From Truepera sp. (GTDB lineage Bacteria; Deinococcota; Deinococci; Deinococcales; Trueperaceae): DNA of 64,000 nt. The DNA is taken from assembly GCA_965218435.1 (NCBI GenBank), contig CBDCKW010000009.1, positions 3,040,001-3,104,000 on the forward strand. The letters run 5' to 3'. Shown one piece after another: positions 1 to 9,424 of this stretch. The translations under genes were made by a program, and so were the position numbers. Position 1 is the first letter of the stretch, and each line of letters starts with the position of its first letter. Below the pieces are notes generated by a model. It was not told the origin of the DNA. It did no database searches and was given only the letters and a program-made list of their open reading frames with translations.

Positions 1-1
1 C

Positions 2-1504
2 GTAGACATCATCAACAGTTTTTCGGTTGAAACGCTGGGGCAAAGGCTCGAGCGTGACGCCCGCGACGAACTCTACGTGAGCTTACTCGGCAAAAGCCAG
101 ACGTTTCACAACCGGCAGCGTGTCGGTGACATCATGGCGCGGGCCGGAAACGACGTGCGGCAACTCAATCCGATGATGAACCCCGGTGTGGCCTTATTGT
201 CCGAATCGATTATCGGCATCATCGTCCCGCTGATTTTTATCGGGGTGCTCGAGCCTGTTCTCCTCATCTCCCCTGTGCTGTTCGTCATCACCTTCGTCTT
301 CGCGCTCCGGCACTACATGAACCAGCTCGGGCCGGTTTCGTCGGCCTTGCGCAAACGTTTCGGCGTGATGAACGCTGGCTTAAACGAAGCCATCACCGGC
401 ATCGAGGTCGTCAAAGGGGCGGCACAAGAGGCGCAAGAGAAACGCAAGTTTATCGAAGATGCCAGCCTCTACCGGGACGCGTTCACCGAGCAGGGCAAGG
501 TACAAGCTCGCTATTTGCCGCTTCTCTTAATCGGTTTAGCTGTCAGCGGAGCGTTCGCGCACGGACTTTATCTGCTCTCCATCGGCCGTATTTCAGTCGG
601 TGATTTGGTCGCCTACATGGGCCTGATGAGCACCTTGCGCTTTCCGGCGTTTATCTCGATCTTTACCTTTTCGCTCGTGCAGCTCGGGTTTGCAGGGGCC
701 GAGCGGATTTTAGAACTCATCCGCGAAGACACTGACCTAGACGAAAACACCGCCGGGTACGCCGCGCCGATTGAAGGCGAAATCAGGTTTGAAAACGTGT
801 CGTTCGGTTACGGCAGCGACAAGCTGAGCCTCCAAGACCTCACCTTTACGGCGTCGCCGGGGCAAACGGTCGCCATCGTCGGGCAGACCGGCTCGGGCAA
901 AAGCACGTTGACCAAACTCGTCAACCGCGCCTACGACGTCACGAAGGGACGCATCCTGATTGACGGGGTGGACGTGCGGGAGTGGAACCTCGAGGCGCTC
1001 CGCTCGCAAATTTCAGTCATCGAGCAAGACGTGTTTCTTTTCTCGCGCTCGGTCGCGGCCAATATCGCCTTCGGTTTGGGCTCAAAAGCCACGCCCGGGG
1101 CGATCGAAGAAGCCGCTAAAGCAGCCCAAGCCGACGCCTTTATCCGGCACTTTTCGGACGGCTACGATACCGTCATCGGAGAGCGCGGCGTCACCCTTTC
1201 GGGCGGGCAGCGGCAACGGTTGGCGATTGCGCGGGCGCTGCTGACCGACCCCCGGATTCTAATCCTAGACGATTCGACGAGCGCCATAGACAGCGCCACC
1301 GAAGACCAAATTCAGCGGGCGATAGACAAGGTGTTAGACGGCCGCACGACGCTCCTCATCACGCACCGGCTCTCGCAGATTCGGCAAGCCGACAAGATTT
1401 TGGTGCTCCATCAGGGGCACATCGTAGACCAGGGGACGCACGACGAGCTGCTTGGCCGTTGCAGTCTCTACCAGCGTATCTTCGCCCGCTACGAGGAGGA
1501 GTAA
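2..1504 (+). CDS. ABC exporter subunit (TMD+NBD), degenerate-site half of a heterodimer; 5'-truncated by window edge
   Basis: Frame is open from base 2. Walker A GQTGSGKS, signature LSGGQRQ, non-canonical Walker B ILDDSTS. Confidence 0.93.
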   Translation, partial: VDIINSFSVETLGQRLERDARDELYVSLLGKSQTFHNRQRVGDIMARAGNDVRQLNPMMNPGVALLSESIIGIIVPLIFIGVLEPVLLISPVLFVITFVFALRHYMNQLGPVSSALRKRFGVMNAGLNEAITGIEVVKGAAQEAQEKRKFIEDASLYRDAFTEQGKVQARYLPLLLIGLAVSGAFAHGLYLLSIGRISVGDLVAYMGLMSTLRFPAFISIFTFSLVQLGFAGAERILELIREDTDLDENTAGYAAPIEGEIRFENVSFGYGSDKLSLQDLTFTASPGQTVAIVGQTGSGKSTLTKLVNRAYDVTKGRILIDGVDVREWNLEALRSQISVIEQDVFLFSRSVAANIAFGLGSKATPGAIEEAAKAAQADAFIRHFSDGYDTVIGERGVTLSGGQRQRLAIARALLTDPRILILDDSTSAIDSATEDQIQRAIDKVLDGRTTLLITHRLSQIRQADKILVLHQGHIVDQGTHDELLGRCSLYQRIFARYEEE

Positions 1505-1507
1505 CGT

Positions 1508-3340
1508 ATGGGTTTTGTGATGGACGGCCTCGGCGCAGAGGCGTACGACCGCAACTATTCGGACCGGCAGCTTTTAGGGCGCATCGCCCGCTACTTTCGC
1601 CCGTTTTTCGGCTTGATGGTCTTTGTTGCCACGACGATCTTGCTCACGGCGGTCATGGACGCGGCGTTTCCAATTCTGATCTCTCGTGGTATTGACGCAC
1701 TCACCACCCAGACGGGCGCGGTTACGGCGCAGTGGCAGAGCACCGTGTGGCTGCTGGCCGCGATTTTCAGCGCGGGCGCACTGTCGTGGGGATTTAACTT
1801 TTTTCGGCAGAGCTACACCGCAAGGGTTGTGGGTGATGTGGTCTTAAACCTCCGCAAAGATGCGTTTGACGCTGTGCTCGAGCGCGATATGTCGTTTTAT
1901 GACGAGTTCTCGACCGGCAAAATCGTCAGCCGCGTCACCTCCGACACGCAAGATTTCGCCACCGTCGTCACGCTGACGCTCAACTTGATGAGCCAGCTTG
2001 TCCAGGTCGTGATCGTCGTCGGGGTGCTGTTTTTTATCAACGCGCAGCTCGCCCTGATTGCGCTTTTAATTGCGCCCTTTATCGTCGCAGCGGCGCTCGC
2101 CTTTCGCCGCGTCGCCCGCAGCACCACGCAGCAGGCGCGGCGCGTCTTGGCTGAGGTCAACGCGAACGTACAGGAGTCGATCACCGGCATTTCAGTCGCC
2201 AAGACGTTTCGGCAAGAAGGCGCGATTTACGGCGAGTTCAGCCGCGTCAACGCGCAGTCGTATGTGCTCAACCTCCGGCAAGGGTTCGTGTTTAGCGGCA
2301 TCTTCCCGGTGCTCGGAACGATTGCCGGGGTCGGGACGGCCTTGGTCGTCTACTTCGGGGGCACGAGCGTGTTACGGGGCAGCGTCACGCCCGGTCAGTG
2401 GTTTTTGTTCGCCGAAAGTATCGCGCTGTTATGGCAACCGTTGACGAGCATCGCGTCGTTTTGGAGTCAGTTTCAGCTCGGGCTCTCAGCGAGTGAGCGG
2501 GTCTTTGCCCTGGTGGACGCGGAGCCGCGTGTGGTGCAGACGGACAACCAAGTTTTACGGGACGTTAAGGGCCGCATCGAGTTCAAAAACCTCGACTTTC
2601 GCTACACCGCGCAGGAGCAGGTTTTGGATCACTTTAACCTGACCATCGAAGCGGGCGAGACAGTCGCACTTGTGGGACATACCGGCGCAGGCAAATCGAG
2701 CCTCGGCAAGTTGGTGGCACGCTTCTACGAGTTTCAGGGAGGCGAGCTGACGATTGACGGACACGATATTCGGACGCTCGAGCTTCCCCCCTACCGTAAA
2801 CACTTAGGCATCGTCCAGCAGACGCCCTTTTTGTTCGGCGGCACGGTGCGCGACAACATCCGTTACGGCACGGCGGACGCTTCGGATGAAGACGTACGGA
2901 AAGTTGCGGGGCGTATCGGCGGCGGCGACTGGTTGGACGCCTTGCCCCAAGGCTTGGACACCGACGTGGGTGAAGCCGGCAAAGGCATCTCGATGGGGCA
3001 GCGGCAGCTCGTGGCGCTCGCCCGGACGCTCTTGCAAAACCCCAGCATCTTGATTTTAGACGAAGCCACCGCGAGTGTTGACCCGCTGACCGAAGCGCAG
3101 ATTCAAGAGGGACTCGAGGTCGTTTTACGGGACCGCACCGCCATCGTGATCGCGCACCGGCTCTCAACGATTCGCTCGGCCGACCGCATCATCGTACTGC
3201 GTGAGGGTGAAGTCATCGAAGAGGGCGACCATAACGGACTGATGACAGCGGGCGGACACTACGCCGAGCTTTACACGACGTACTTTCGGCATCAGTCACC
3301 GGACTATCATCCTGACGACGTTCAACCTTTGACGGCGTAG
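1508..3340 (+). CDS. ABC exporter subunit (TMD+NBD), partner of upstream gene
   Basis: TM helices, GHTGAGKS, ISMGQRQ, ILDEATA, AHRLST; starts 3 nt after the upstream stop. Confidence 0.95.
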   Translation: MGFVMDGLGAEAYDRNYSDRQLLGRIARYFRPFFGLMVFVATTILLTAVMDAAFPILISRGIDALTTQTGAVTAQWQSTVWLLAAIFSAGALSWGFNFFRQSYTARVVGDVVLNLRKDAFDAVLERDMSFYDEFSTGKIVSRVTSDTQDFATVVTLTLNLMSQLVQVVIVVGVLFFINAQLALIALLIAPFIVAAALAFRRVARSTTQQARRVLAEVNANVQESITGISVAKTFRQEGAIYGEFSRVNAQSYVLNLRQGFVFSGIFPVLGTIAGVGTALVVYFGGTSVLRGSVTPGQWFLFAESIALLWQPLTSIASFWSQFQLGLSASERVFALVDAEPRVVQTDNQVLRDVKGRIEFKNLDFRYTAQEQVLDHFNLTIEAGETVALVGHTGAGKSSLGKLVARFYEFQGGELTIDGHDIRTLELPPYRKHLGIVQQTPFLFGGTVRDNIRYGTADASDEDVRKVAGRIGGGDWLDALPQGLDTDVGEAGKGISMGQRQLVALARTLLQNPSILILDEATASVDPLTEAQIQEGLEVVLRDRTAIVIAHRLSTIRSADRIIVLREGEVIEEGDHNGLMTAGGHYAELYTTYFRHQSPDYHPDDVQPLTA

Positions 3341-3342
3341 AC

Positions 3343-4698
3343 GTGCATGATCCGTATTTGTATCTGGGTCTCGACCTCGGTACGACGAGTGTTTCAGCGG
3401 CAGTGATTGACCTGGAGACGGGTCACGTGCTAAGAACCCAAAGTCTCCCCCATCACGCTGCGATAACGGCCGATATTCCGGGAGCGCATACGCAAGACGC
3501 TGACACGTTGGTCACACAGGCGCAGAGGCTAGTCGCTCCCCTCACAGCTGAGTTCGGCCCCTTTTCCGGCATCGGCGTCACAGGGCAGATGCACGGGATT
3601 TTATATGTAGACGCAGCTGGCCAGGCCGTCAGCCCACTTTTTACGTGGCTTGATAGGCAAGCTGAGGGGAAAAACGAAGGCAAAGGTTATCTCGAGCACT
3701 TCCAAGAAGCCACCGGTGAAGCTGTGCCTACTGGGTATGGCGCAGTGACGCACTTTACCCAACTGCAAAGCGGGCGCATCCCGAAAACCGCCGCGTCGCT
3801 CTGTACCGCCCCCGACTATTTGGTGATGCGACTTTGCGGTTTGACGCACCCACTCACCGACCCGACTTTGGCGCATAGTTTGGGGCTTTTTAGCTTGGAG
3901 CAGCTCTCTTTTAAGGATAAGGTGTGGAAAGAGTTGGGCTCGAGTCCCGTAAAATTTCCGACTGTAAGCGTTCACAGCGTCGTCGCAGGCAGATACGAGG
4001 GCACGCCCGTTGTCACCGCTCTAGGGGACAATCAGGCGAGTTTTATCGGGAGTATAGGCGACCCGGAACGCTCGGTTTTAGTGACTTTAGGCACGAGCGG
4101 GCAAGTCAGTTGTGTAAGTAACGAGCTGAAGTATGCGGACGGACTCGAGACCCGCCCTTTTCCCGACAACCGGTTTTTGCTCGTCGGCGCGAGTTTAACC
4201 GGGGGTAAAGCTTTAGAAATGTTGGCGAACCTGGTAGACGAAATTGCTTATAAGCTGACCGGCGAACATCTTAAAAATCCTTACGGATTGCTCGAGGGCG
4301 ATCCTGCAAACTTGAACCCGCCGCACCTCGAGGTTGACACCCGCTTCGCCGGGTCGCGGAATAAAAGCGCAAAAGCCGGGGCTATCCGTAACCTCACGCT
4401 TGACAATTTTACGTTAGGGTACCTCGCTTACGGCTTTGCTCAGGGCGTCGTAGACGAGCTTTATGCTTTTTGGCAAAGTGGCCTCGAAACAGCAAAGATT
4501 TCTAAGATCGTTGGCAGTGGAAATGTTTTACGCCGAAGCTCTTTAGTAAGGGAGCGGTTGCAGACGACGTTTGGGTTACCGCTTTCGCTGACCCCTTACC
4601 AAGAAGAAGCGGCGGTCGGAGCCGCCATCTACGCCGCGTCAACGGTGCAAAAAGAACCGCTCGAGGCCGTTTCTCAAAAGCTCTTTGCCGACGAATAA
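3343..4698 (+). CDS. FGGY-family carbohydrate kinase, sedoheptulokinase-like
   Basis: GLDLGTTS, GVTGQMHG, TWLD, ALGDNQAS, TLGTSGQ, EEAAVGAA motifs. Confidence 0.85.
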   Translation: MHDPYLYLGLDLGTTSVSAAVIDLETGHVLRTQSLPHHAAITADIPGAHTQDADTLVTQAQRLVAPLTAEFGPFSGIGVTGQMHGILYVDAAGQAVSPLFTWLDRQAEGKNEGKGYLEHFQEATGEAVPTGYGAVTHFTQLQSGRIPKTAASLCTAPDYLVMRLCGLTHPLTDPTLAHSLGLFSLEQLSFKDKVWKELGSSPVKFPTVSVHSVVAGRYEGTPVVTALGDNQASFIGSIGDPERSVLVTLGTSGQVSCVSNELKYADGLETRPFPDNRFLLVGASLTGGKALEMLANLVDEIAYKLTGEHLKNPYGLLEGDPANLNPPHLEVDTRFAGSRNKSAKAGAIRNLTLDNFTLGYLAYGFAQGVVDELYAFWQSGLETAKISKIVGSGNVLRRSSLVRERLQTTFGLPLSLTPYQEEAAVGAAIYAASTVQKEPLEAVSQKLFADE

Positions 4699-4704
4699 GT
4701 TGGT

Positions 4705-4768
4705 AAACGAGCAGGTTGAAACGACTGGGTTGAAACGAGCAGGTTGAAGTGACCAGGTCGAAACAACC
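4705..4768. repeat. Imperfect 14-bp tandem repeat (AAACGAGCAGGTTG), about 4.5 copies
   Basis: Units start at 4705, 4719, 4733 and 4747, with a partial unit at 4761, between two convergent stop codons. Confidence 0.8.
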
Positions 4769-4774
4769 GATATC

Positions 4775-6013
4775 TCAAGCAACCCGCTGCACGTCGGTCA
4801 TGACCAACCGGCTTTTGGGAATCGCAGGCAGCCGTGACAAGCTGACGCTCAAATCTTGCGGCGGCACCGTGTAGCGCAGCGAGCTTAAAAACTTGACGGC
4901 CTCTTTCATTAGGGAGATCGTCACCCACTCCCCGGCGCAGCGGTGCCCGAAATGGTGGTCGCCGCCGCCCTGCGAAACGAACGTGTAGGCGCTCCCGTCC
5001 CACTGATAGAACCGCTCGGGCATAAACTTGTCCGGCTCGCCCCAAAGCCGCGCGTCATGATTGGTACCGTAAAGGTCAAGGAGCACCCGCCGACCTTTGG
5101 GAAAGCGGAAGCCGCGCCAAAAAAACGTCTCGCGCACACGCGCCGCCGTAAACGGAAAAAAGGGATAAAAGCGTCTGACTTCTTGCACGAACAGCTCGAG
5201 GTACCCTTCATCACTTTGGACGCGCCTTCGGCACTGCGGATACTGATATAGGGCGAGCGCGGCAAAGGCGATATACCGGGCAATGGCAACAGTTGGCCGC
5301 ACCACGTTAAGGAGCGCGACGGCCGCCTCGTGCTTACTCAGCAGTTCACCGTCAAGCTTGCGGAACGTCGCAATTTTGAAAAGTGCCGACCCTTCGGGGG
5401 TGTGGAGGGTGCCTTTGCGCACCCGTTCAACGAGCCTCGCGGCCCAGGCGTCACCCTGAATCCGGCTCAGCCGCCCCTTAAGGTAACGGAAACCGACAGC
5501 AGCCGGAGCGTCAATCATGGCCGCGAGTTCCAGGGTCCGAAACCCGGCAGCGTTTAGTGGTACCCCGGCCCAGCTGCACGCCGCTTTACACCGTAGCTCC
5601 ATCACTTCCTCAAACAGCACTACGCGGTCTCGGCGGGTCCATTTATCCGCGCAAACGTCCCACTGCTCAGCGGTAAGCTCTACCAGCCGCTGCAGCTCAG
5701 CGGGCGACATAAATGACATATGTAAGGCTTTGAGGTGCCGGTGCGGTGCACCGTCTAACCCCTGCACCCCGCCCGTCCCAAAGAGCGTTTTTTGCAGCCG
5801 CCCCGGTGCCGCGCCTGCCCGGACAAAGTGCGCGGGGTCGTAAAACAGCTCGGCAGCGTCCCGACCAGACAGGCAAATCGTCGGTTCAAACAGCAACCGG
5901 GTTTGAAAGATGTCCGTACCAAGGCGGCGACCCCGTTTAGTGATGAACAGGTAGCCGTCTTTAAGGAGCGCGGACGACGCATCGAAGCTGTAGTCTGAAG
6001 GAATTTTGGGCAT
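4775..6013 (-). CDS. cypC: Cytochrome P450, CYP152-type fatty-acid peroxygenase
   Basis: LFGTGGVQGLDG, NVVRPTVAI (Arg-Pro of peroxygenases), QEVRRFYPF, QGGGDHHFGHRCAGE heme ligand. Confidence 0.9.
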   Translation of the reverse strand: MPKIPSDYSFDASSALLKDGYLFITKRGRRLGTDIFQTRLLFEPTICLSGRDAAELFYDPAHFVRAGAAPGRLQKTLFGTGGVQGLDGAPHRHLKALHMSFMSPAELQRLVELTAEQWDVCADKWTRRDRVVLFEEVMELRCKAACSWAGVPLNAAGFRTLELAAMIDAPAAVGFRYLKGRLSRIQGDAWAARLVERVRKGTLHTPEGSALFKIATFRKLDGELLSKHEAAVALLNVVRPTVAIARYIAFAALALYQYPQCRRRVQSDEGYLELFVQEVRRFYPFFPFTAARVRETFFWRGFRFPKGRRVLLDLYGTNHDARLWGEPDKFMPERFYQWDGSAYTFVSQGGGDHHFGHRCAGEWVTISLMKEAVKFLSSLRYTVPPQDLSVSLSRLPAIPKSRLVMTDVQRVA

Positions 6014-6265
6014 CCGCCGCCTTTCGCGTACCTTCTATCAACCCGTCAATCATCCGAGAGAGTATAACCGGGTTGCGTTGACTGCTCATATCATCACGTT
6101 CTGGCGTCATGGTTTGAACGTGTAAAAGGTGCTGTTTTCTCTGCACCGGCACCTACTAGCTTCTTTAGGCTAACTTCTTACTTCTCCTTCTTACTTCTCG
6201 CGACCCACTGTCAACAGTCAACGCCTCCGACCGAGTTTAGAAGCTCAGCAGGACCTATGCTCCGT

Positions 6266-6607
6266 CTATGCTTCGTCGCGCCCTTTGACCTCGGCGGGTG
6301 GGTGCGTCGCTTCGACGGCGGTAAACGCCTCTAAAATCTTGTAGGTATGACTGGCCCCTTCTGGGACTAACCACGAGTCACCGGCCTCGAGTCTGACCAT
6401 CTGGCCCTCGAGGTGCAACTCAGCTGTGCCCTCAATCACGTAGCCGACCGTCTCATACTCGCGGCGCTCTTCAGGTTTGGTCTCATCTGCGGGTTCACTG
6501 CGCCAAAGCCGCATCGAAACACCTTTACCCGACGCGAGGTACACCTGCCCCATCTCGCCGTGTGGGGACGTTCTCGAGCTGACTTTTTTAATCGTTGAAT
6601 CTGCCAT
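6266..6607 (-). CDS. Cupin domain protein
   Basis: YETVGYVIEG..ELHLEGQ..L..GDSW.VP..A.H.Y cupin pattern; AAGGAGG SD upstream of the ATG at 6607. Confidence 0.88.
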   Translation of the reverse strand: MADSTIKKVSSRTSPHGEMGQVYLASGKGVSMRLWRSEPADETKPEERREYETVGYVIEGTAELHLEGQMVRLEAGDSWLVPEGASHTYKILEAFTAVEATHPPAEVKGRDEA

Positions 6608-6796
6608 TACAACCTCCTTATACTTCTCAGTTTGAAGCATCAAGCGGCGTGTAAAACATTGACCCGCACACACATTTACCTGTAACTGCTGTTTGCGGGC
6701 CTTTCAGGTAGGTTCTATGCACGACTTGCGACCAAACAAACAGAACGGTAGACGCTAAACTCGCGCAGTCTAAGCTTTAGGGCGGCTTAACGAATG

Positions 6797-7063
6797 CTAG
6801 TGAACTGTAACGACGCGCCAACCGCCGGCCTTTTCCTCTATTTCAAGGGTGAGCATGACTAGCTCGAACGCACTCCATTCGTCCGAATCAAGCGAGCAGT
6901 AGGGCATCTCGAAAAACCCGTCAGCCCCCTCGACCGGAACAAGCTCAAAGGCGTCCAGTTCAGCAGGAAGCGCCACAGTACTAAGCGCAGTGTCAGGCCC
7001 CGTGTTCGGCCTAGTGTCCGGCAACGCGAGCCACACACGCCTCACGCCCAAAAAATCCGACAT
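6797..7063 (-). CDS. Hypothetical acidic protein (88 aa)
   Basis: ATG preceded by GAGAGG; protein-like composition; no family recognised. Confidence 0.5.
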   Translation of the reverse strand: MSDFLGVRRVWLALPDTRPNTGPDTALSTVALPAELDAFELVPVEGADGFFEMPYCSLDSDEWSAFELVMLTLEIEEKAGGWRVVTVH

Positions 7064-7193
7064 GTTGCCTCTCTCAATCTGCCTAAATCAGCTGAATTTT
7101 GAAGGTGTCACGTTTTGTGTGTTTGTGGGCCTGCTTGCCTCTCTCACGAGCTTGCTGCAGTACCATACACAGAACGTGATGCACCGCCAAATT

Positions 7194-7526
7194 TTAGATA
7201 AACATCTTGCGGATTTTACGTTGGGGTGGCCCACTGAGGGCTACGGTAAAGGTATGCTCGAGCTCACACAGGTCTCCGTACAAACCCTTAAGCGTCGGCA
7301 GGTCTGAAAACCTCTCCTCCGCCGCTTGGGTTAACAGCAGTAGTTGGTCCCGGTCGCGGCGATATTGAGACGACTCGACCCACCACCAGTACTTCGGCAG
7401 CAGCGCGTTAAGTTCACCCGCAAGCTGCCCGATGTCGCGCCGGAGCACACGTTTAGCTTCCGTTAAGGCACTTCTGCCGAGCCTGACCTGAGCGTCCACA
7501 GCTGCTTGTTTCATGGTGTCTCTCAT
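7194..7526 (-). CDS. Hypothetical helical protein
   Basis: ATG at 7526 preceded by GGGGGG; amphipathic helical pattern with YWWW; start uncertain (ORF extends to 7538). Confidence 0.55.
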   Translation of the reverse strand: MRDTMKQAAVDAQVRLGRSALTEAKRVLRRDIGQLAGELNALLPKYWWWVESSQYRRDRDQLLLLTQAAEERFSDLPTLKGLYGDLCELEHTFTVALSGPPQRKIRKMFI

Positions 7527-7758
7527 GATTCCCCCCACTACATCTTGTCTTGTACTTTGGTTGATGCCCTTTATCTCGTTCGCTCAAACTGCGCTGCTTA
7601 CCCCTCAGCCAGTATGTTACGAATTACTTACATTATCTTAAAGGCTCTAGCGTTACGAAAAGACACAGTTGTAAGAAAATCGAGGTACATTTGCCCCGGT
7701 AGTTCCAAAAAATAAAACGCGAACGCCGATCATGCCACTTTGCTTGACACCAAAAGGT

Positions 7759-7795
7759 TCGGCCTGTACTGCGTTTCTAAGCAGCTACAGGCCGA
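7759..7795 (-). terminator. Stem-loop downstream of the zinc dehydrogenase, possible terminator
   Basis: TCGGCCTGTA-CTGC...GCAG-C-TACAGGCCGA inverted repeat followed by a short T run on the minus strand. Confidence 0.5.
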
Positions 7796-7830
7796 TCGTT
7801 AAGTTTTAGCTGAACTTTTTTAGCTGGACT

Positions 7831-9045
7831 TTAAGCAGGCTCGAGCTCGAGTTCAACCTTGATCCAACCCGGCTCCCGCTCGTCGAACTCCCGGTACGCC
7901 GAAATTGCGTCTTGCATAGGTTCCATCTGGGTCAGGATTTTAACTGGATCAACGACGCCTGAGGCCACCATATCAACCAGTTTGGGAATATATTTGCGGT
8001 GGTTGCAGTTGCCCATTTTCAGCGTCAGGTTTTTGTTCATCGCTTGCCCGATGGGAAACGTCTGCATCGTCGGCGGATAGACCCCGATAATCGAAACGGT
8101 TCCGGCTTTGGCCACGGCTTGCACGGCCCACTCGAGGGCCTGTGAGGGTGCGTCGCCGGGAACCCAGTTGTCACCGTCCGTATTTTGCTCCGGCGCAACC
8201 TGCTCGACTTCGGACTCGAACTGCTGTTCCTCTTGCCCTTCCGGTGCAGCAGGGCCGTGGTCGGCGTGCTGCGCGTCGACGCCTACCGCGTCAATCACCC
8301 GGTCAACCCCGCTGCCGCCGGTCAGCCGCACAATCGTCTCAACCGGGTCTTCTTGATCAAAGTTGATAACCTCAGCGCCCTGTGCTTTGGCCATCTCGAG
8401 GCGGTCTTGATGCCGGTCAACGGCGATGACGCGCCCCGCGCCCAAAAGTTTGGCGCTCAAAATGGCGAACTGGCCGACCGGCCCGCAGCCGAACACCGCG
8501 ACCGTATCCCCGGCTTCGATTTCAGCCATGTCCGCGCCGAAGTAGCCGGTCGGAAAGATGTCCGAGATTAAGATCGCCTGCTCGTCAGCGACGCTATCGG
8601 GCAATTTGACGAGCCCTACGTTAGCGAAAGGCACGCGCACCTTTTCAGCCTGCATCCCGTCGAGGCCGCCCGCCGCTTCTGGCCCGCCGAAAAAGGTCGT
8701 TCCGGCGCGTTTGCCTCCTGGGTTGGCGTTGTCGCACTGTGCGTAGTACCCGGCGCGGCAGTACGAACAGTACCCGCAGCCGACGGTCGAGGGGATGACC
8801 ACGCGGTCACCGATATTTAAGTTCCGCACATCGTCGCCAACCGCTTCAACGACGCCGACCCCTTCGTGACCGACAATCCGGCCCTCTTTCATCCCGGTAA
8901 AGGTGCCGCGCACGAAATGCAGGTCGGTGCCGCAGATGGCGCTCGAGGTCAGCCGCACAACCGCGTCATTGGGGTCTTGGATGGTCGGTTCGGGAACGTC
9001 GTCGAGGCGAATGTCGCCGATACCGTGAAATACAACTGCTTTCAT
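7831..9045 (-). CDS. Zinc-dependent alcohol/formaldehyde dehydrogenase (MDR, FDH-like)
   Basis: ICGTDLH, GHEGVG, CGYCSYC..C structural Zn site, SDIFPTG, GCGPVG. Confidence 0.93.
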   Translation of the reverse strand: MKAVVFHGIGDIRLDDVPEPTIQDPNDAVVRLTSSAICGTDLHFVRGTFTGMKEGRIVGHEGVGVVEAVGDDVRNLNIGDRVVIPSTVGCGYCSYCRAGYYAQCDNANPGGKRAGTTFFGGPEAAGGLDGMQAEKVRVPFANVGLVKLPDSVADEQAILISDIFPTGYFGADMAEIEAGDTVAVFGCGPVGQFAILSAKLLGAGRVIAVDRHQDRLEMAKAQGAEVINFDQEDPVETIVRLTGGSGVDRVIDAVGVDAQHADHGPAAPEGQEEQQFESEVEQVAPEQNTDGDNWVPGDAPSQALEWAVQAVAKAGTVSIIGVYPPTMQTFPIGQAMNKNLTLKMGNCNHRKYIPKLVDMVASGVVDPVKILTQMEPMQDAISAYREFDEREPGWIKVELELEPA

Positions 9046-9424
9046 GATGCTCCTTTTTTAGCTGGGTGATAAGTAACAAACGTAACCGGTCGCAACTCGG
9101 CTCGAACTAATAACGAGCGAGCCACCGCTAAGTTTTTTGTTCAAATATGGTGCGTGGCGTGGTTGATAGAAAAAGTGCCGCGCTGCCCTCGTGCCTAGCT
9201 GCTCCTCCCCTATTCAGGTATAGGTCAAAACGCAGCGCAGAACTTGGGTCTAACGCACGCTGCGCGGGTAAGCCAAAGGCAAACTCAGTGGGTTTAAGGG
9301 GTGCTACTGTCTGCTTTTTTAGTACCTTTTAGGGGAGTAAAGGACGCTGACTTGCTCGAGCTGCTGATTTCTGAATTCTTCTTTGGGCACACTGCCGCCG
9401 CCGCCAGCTGAGTTTAGACCGTTC

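Noticed and set aside
4705..4768. CRISPR array (GTTGAAAC resembles a repeat end)
   Set aside because: The period is only 14 bp, there are no unique spacers, and no cas genes are in the window.
9225..9290. c-di-GMP-I riboswitch-like text (GCGCAGAAC..GGGTCTAA)
   Set aside because: No GNRA-capped first stem in the right order, and no downstream gene on that strand.
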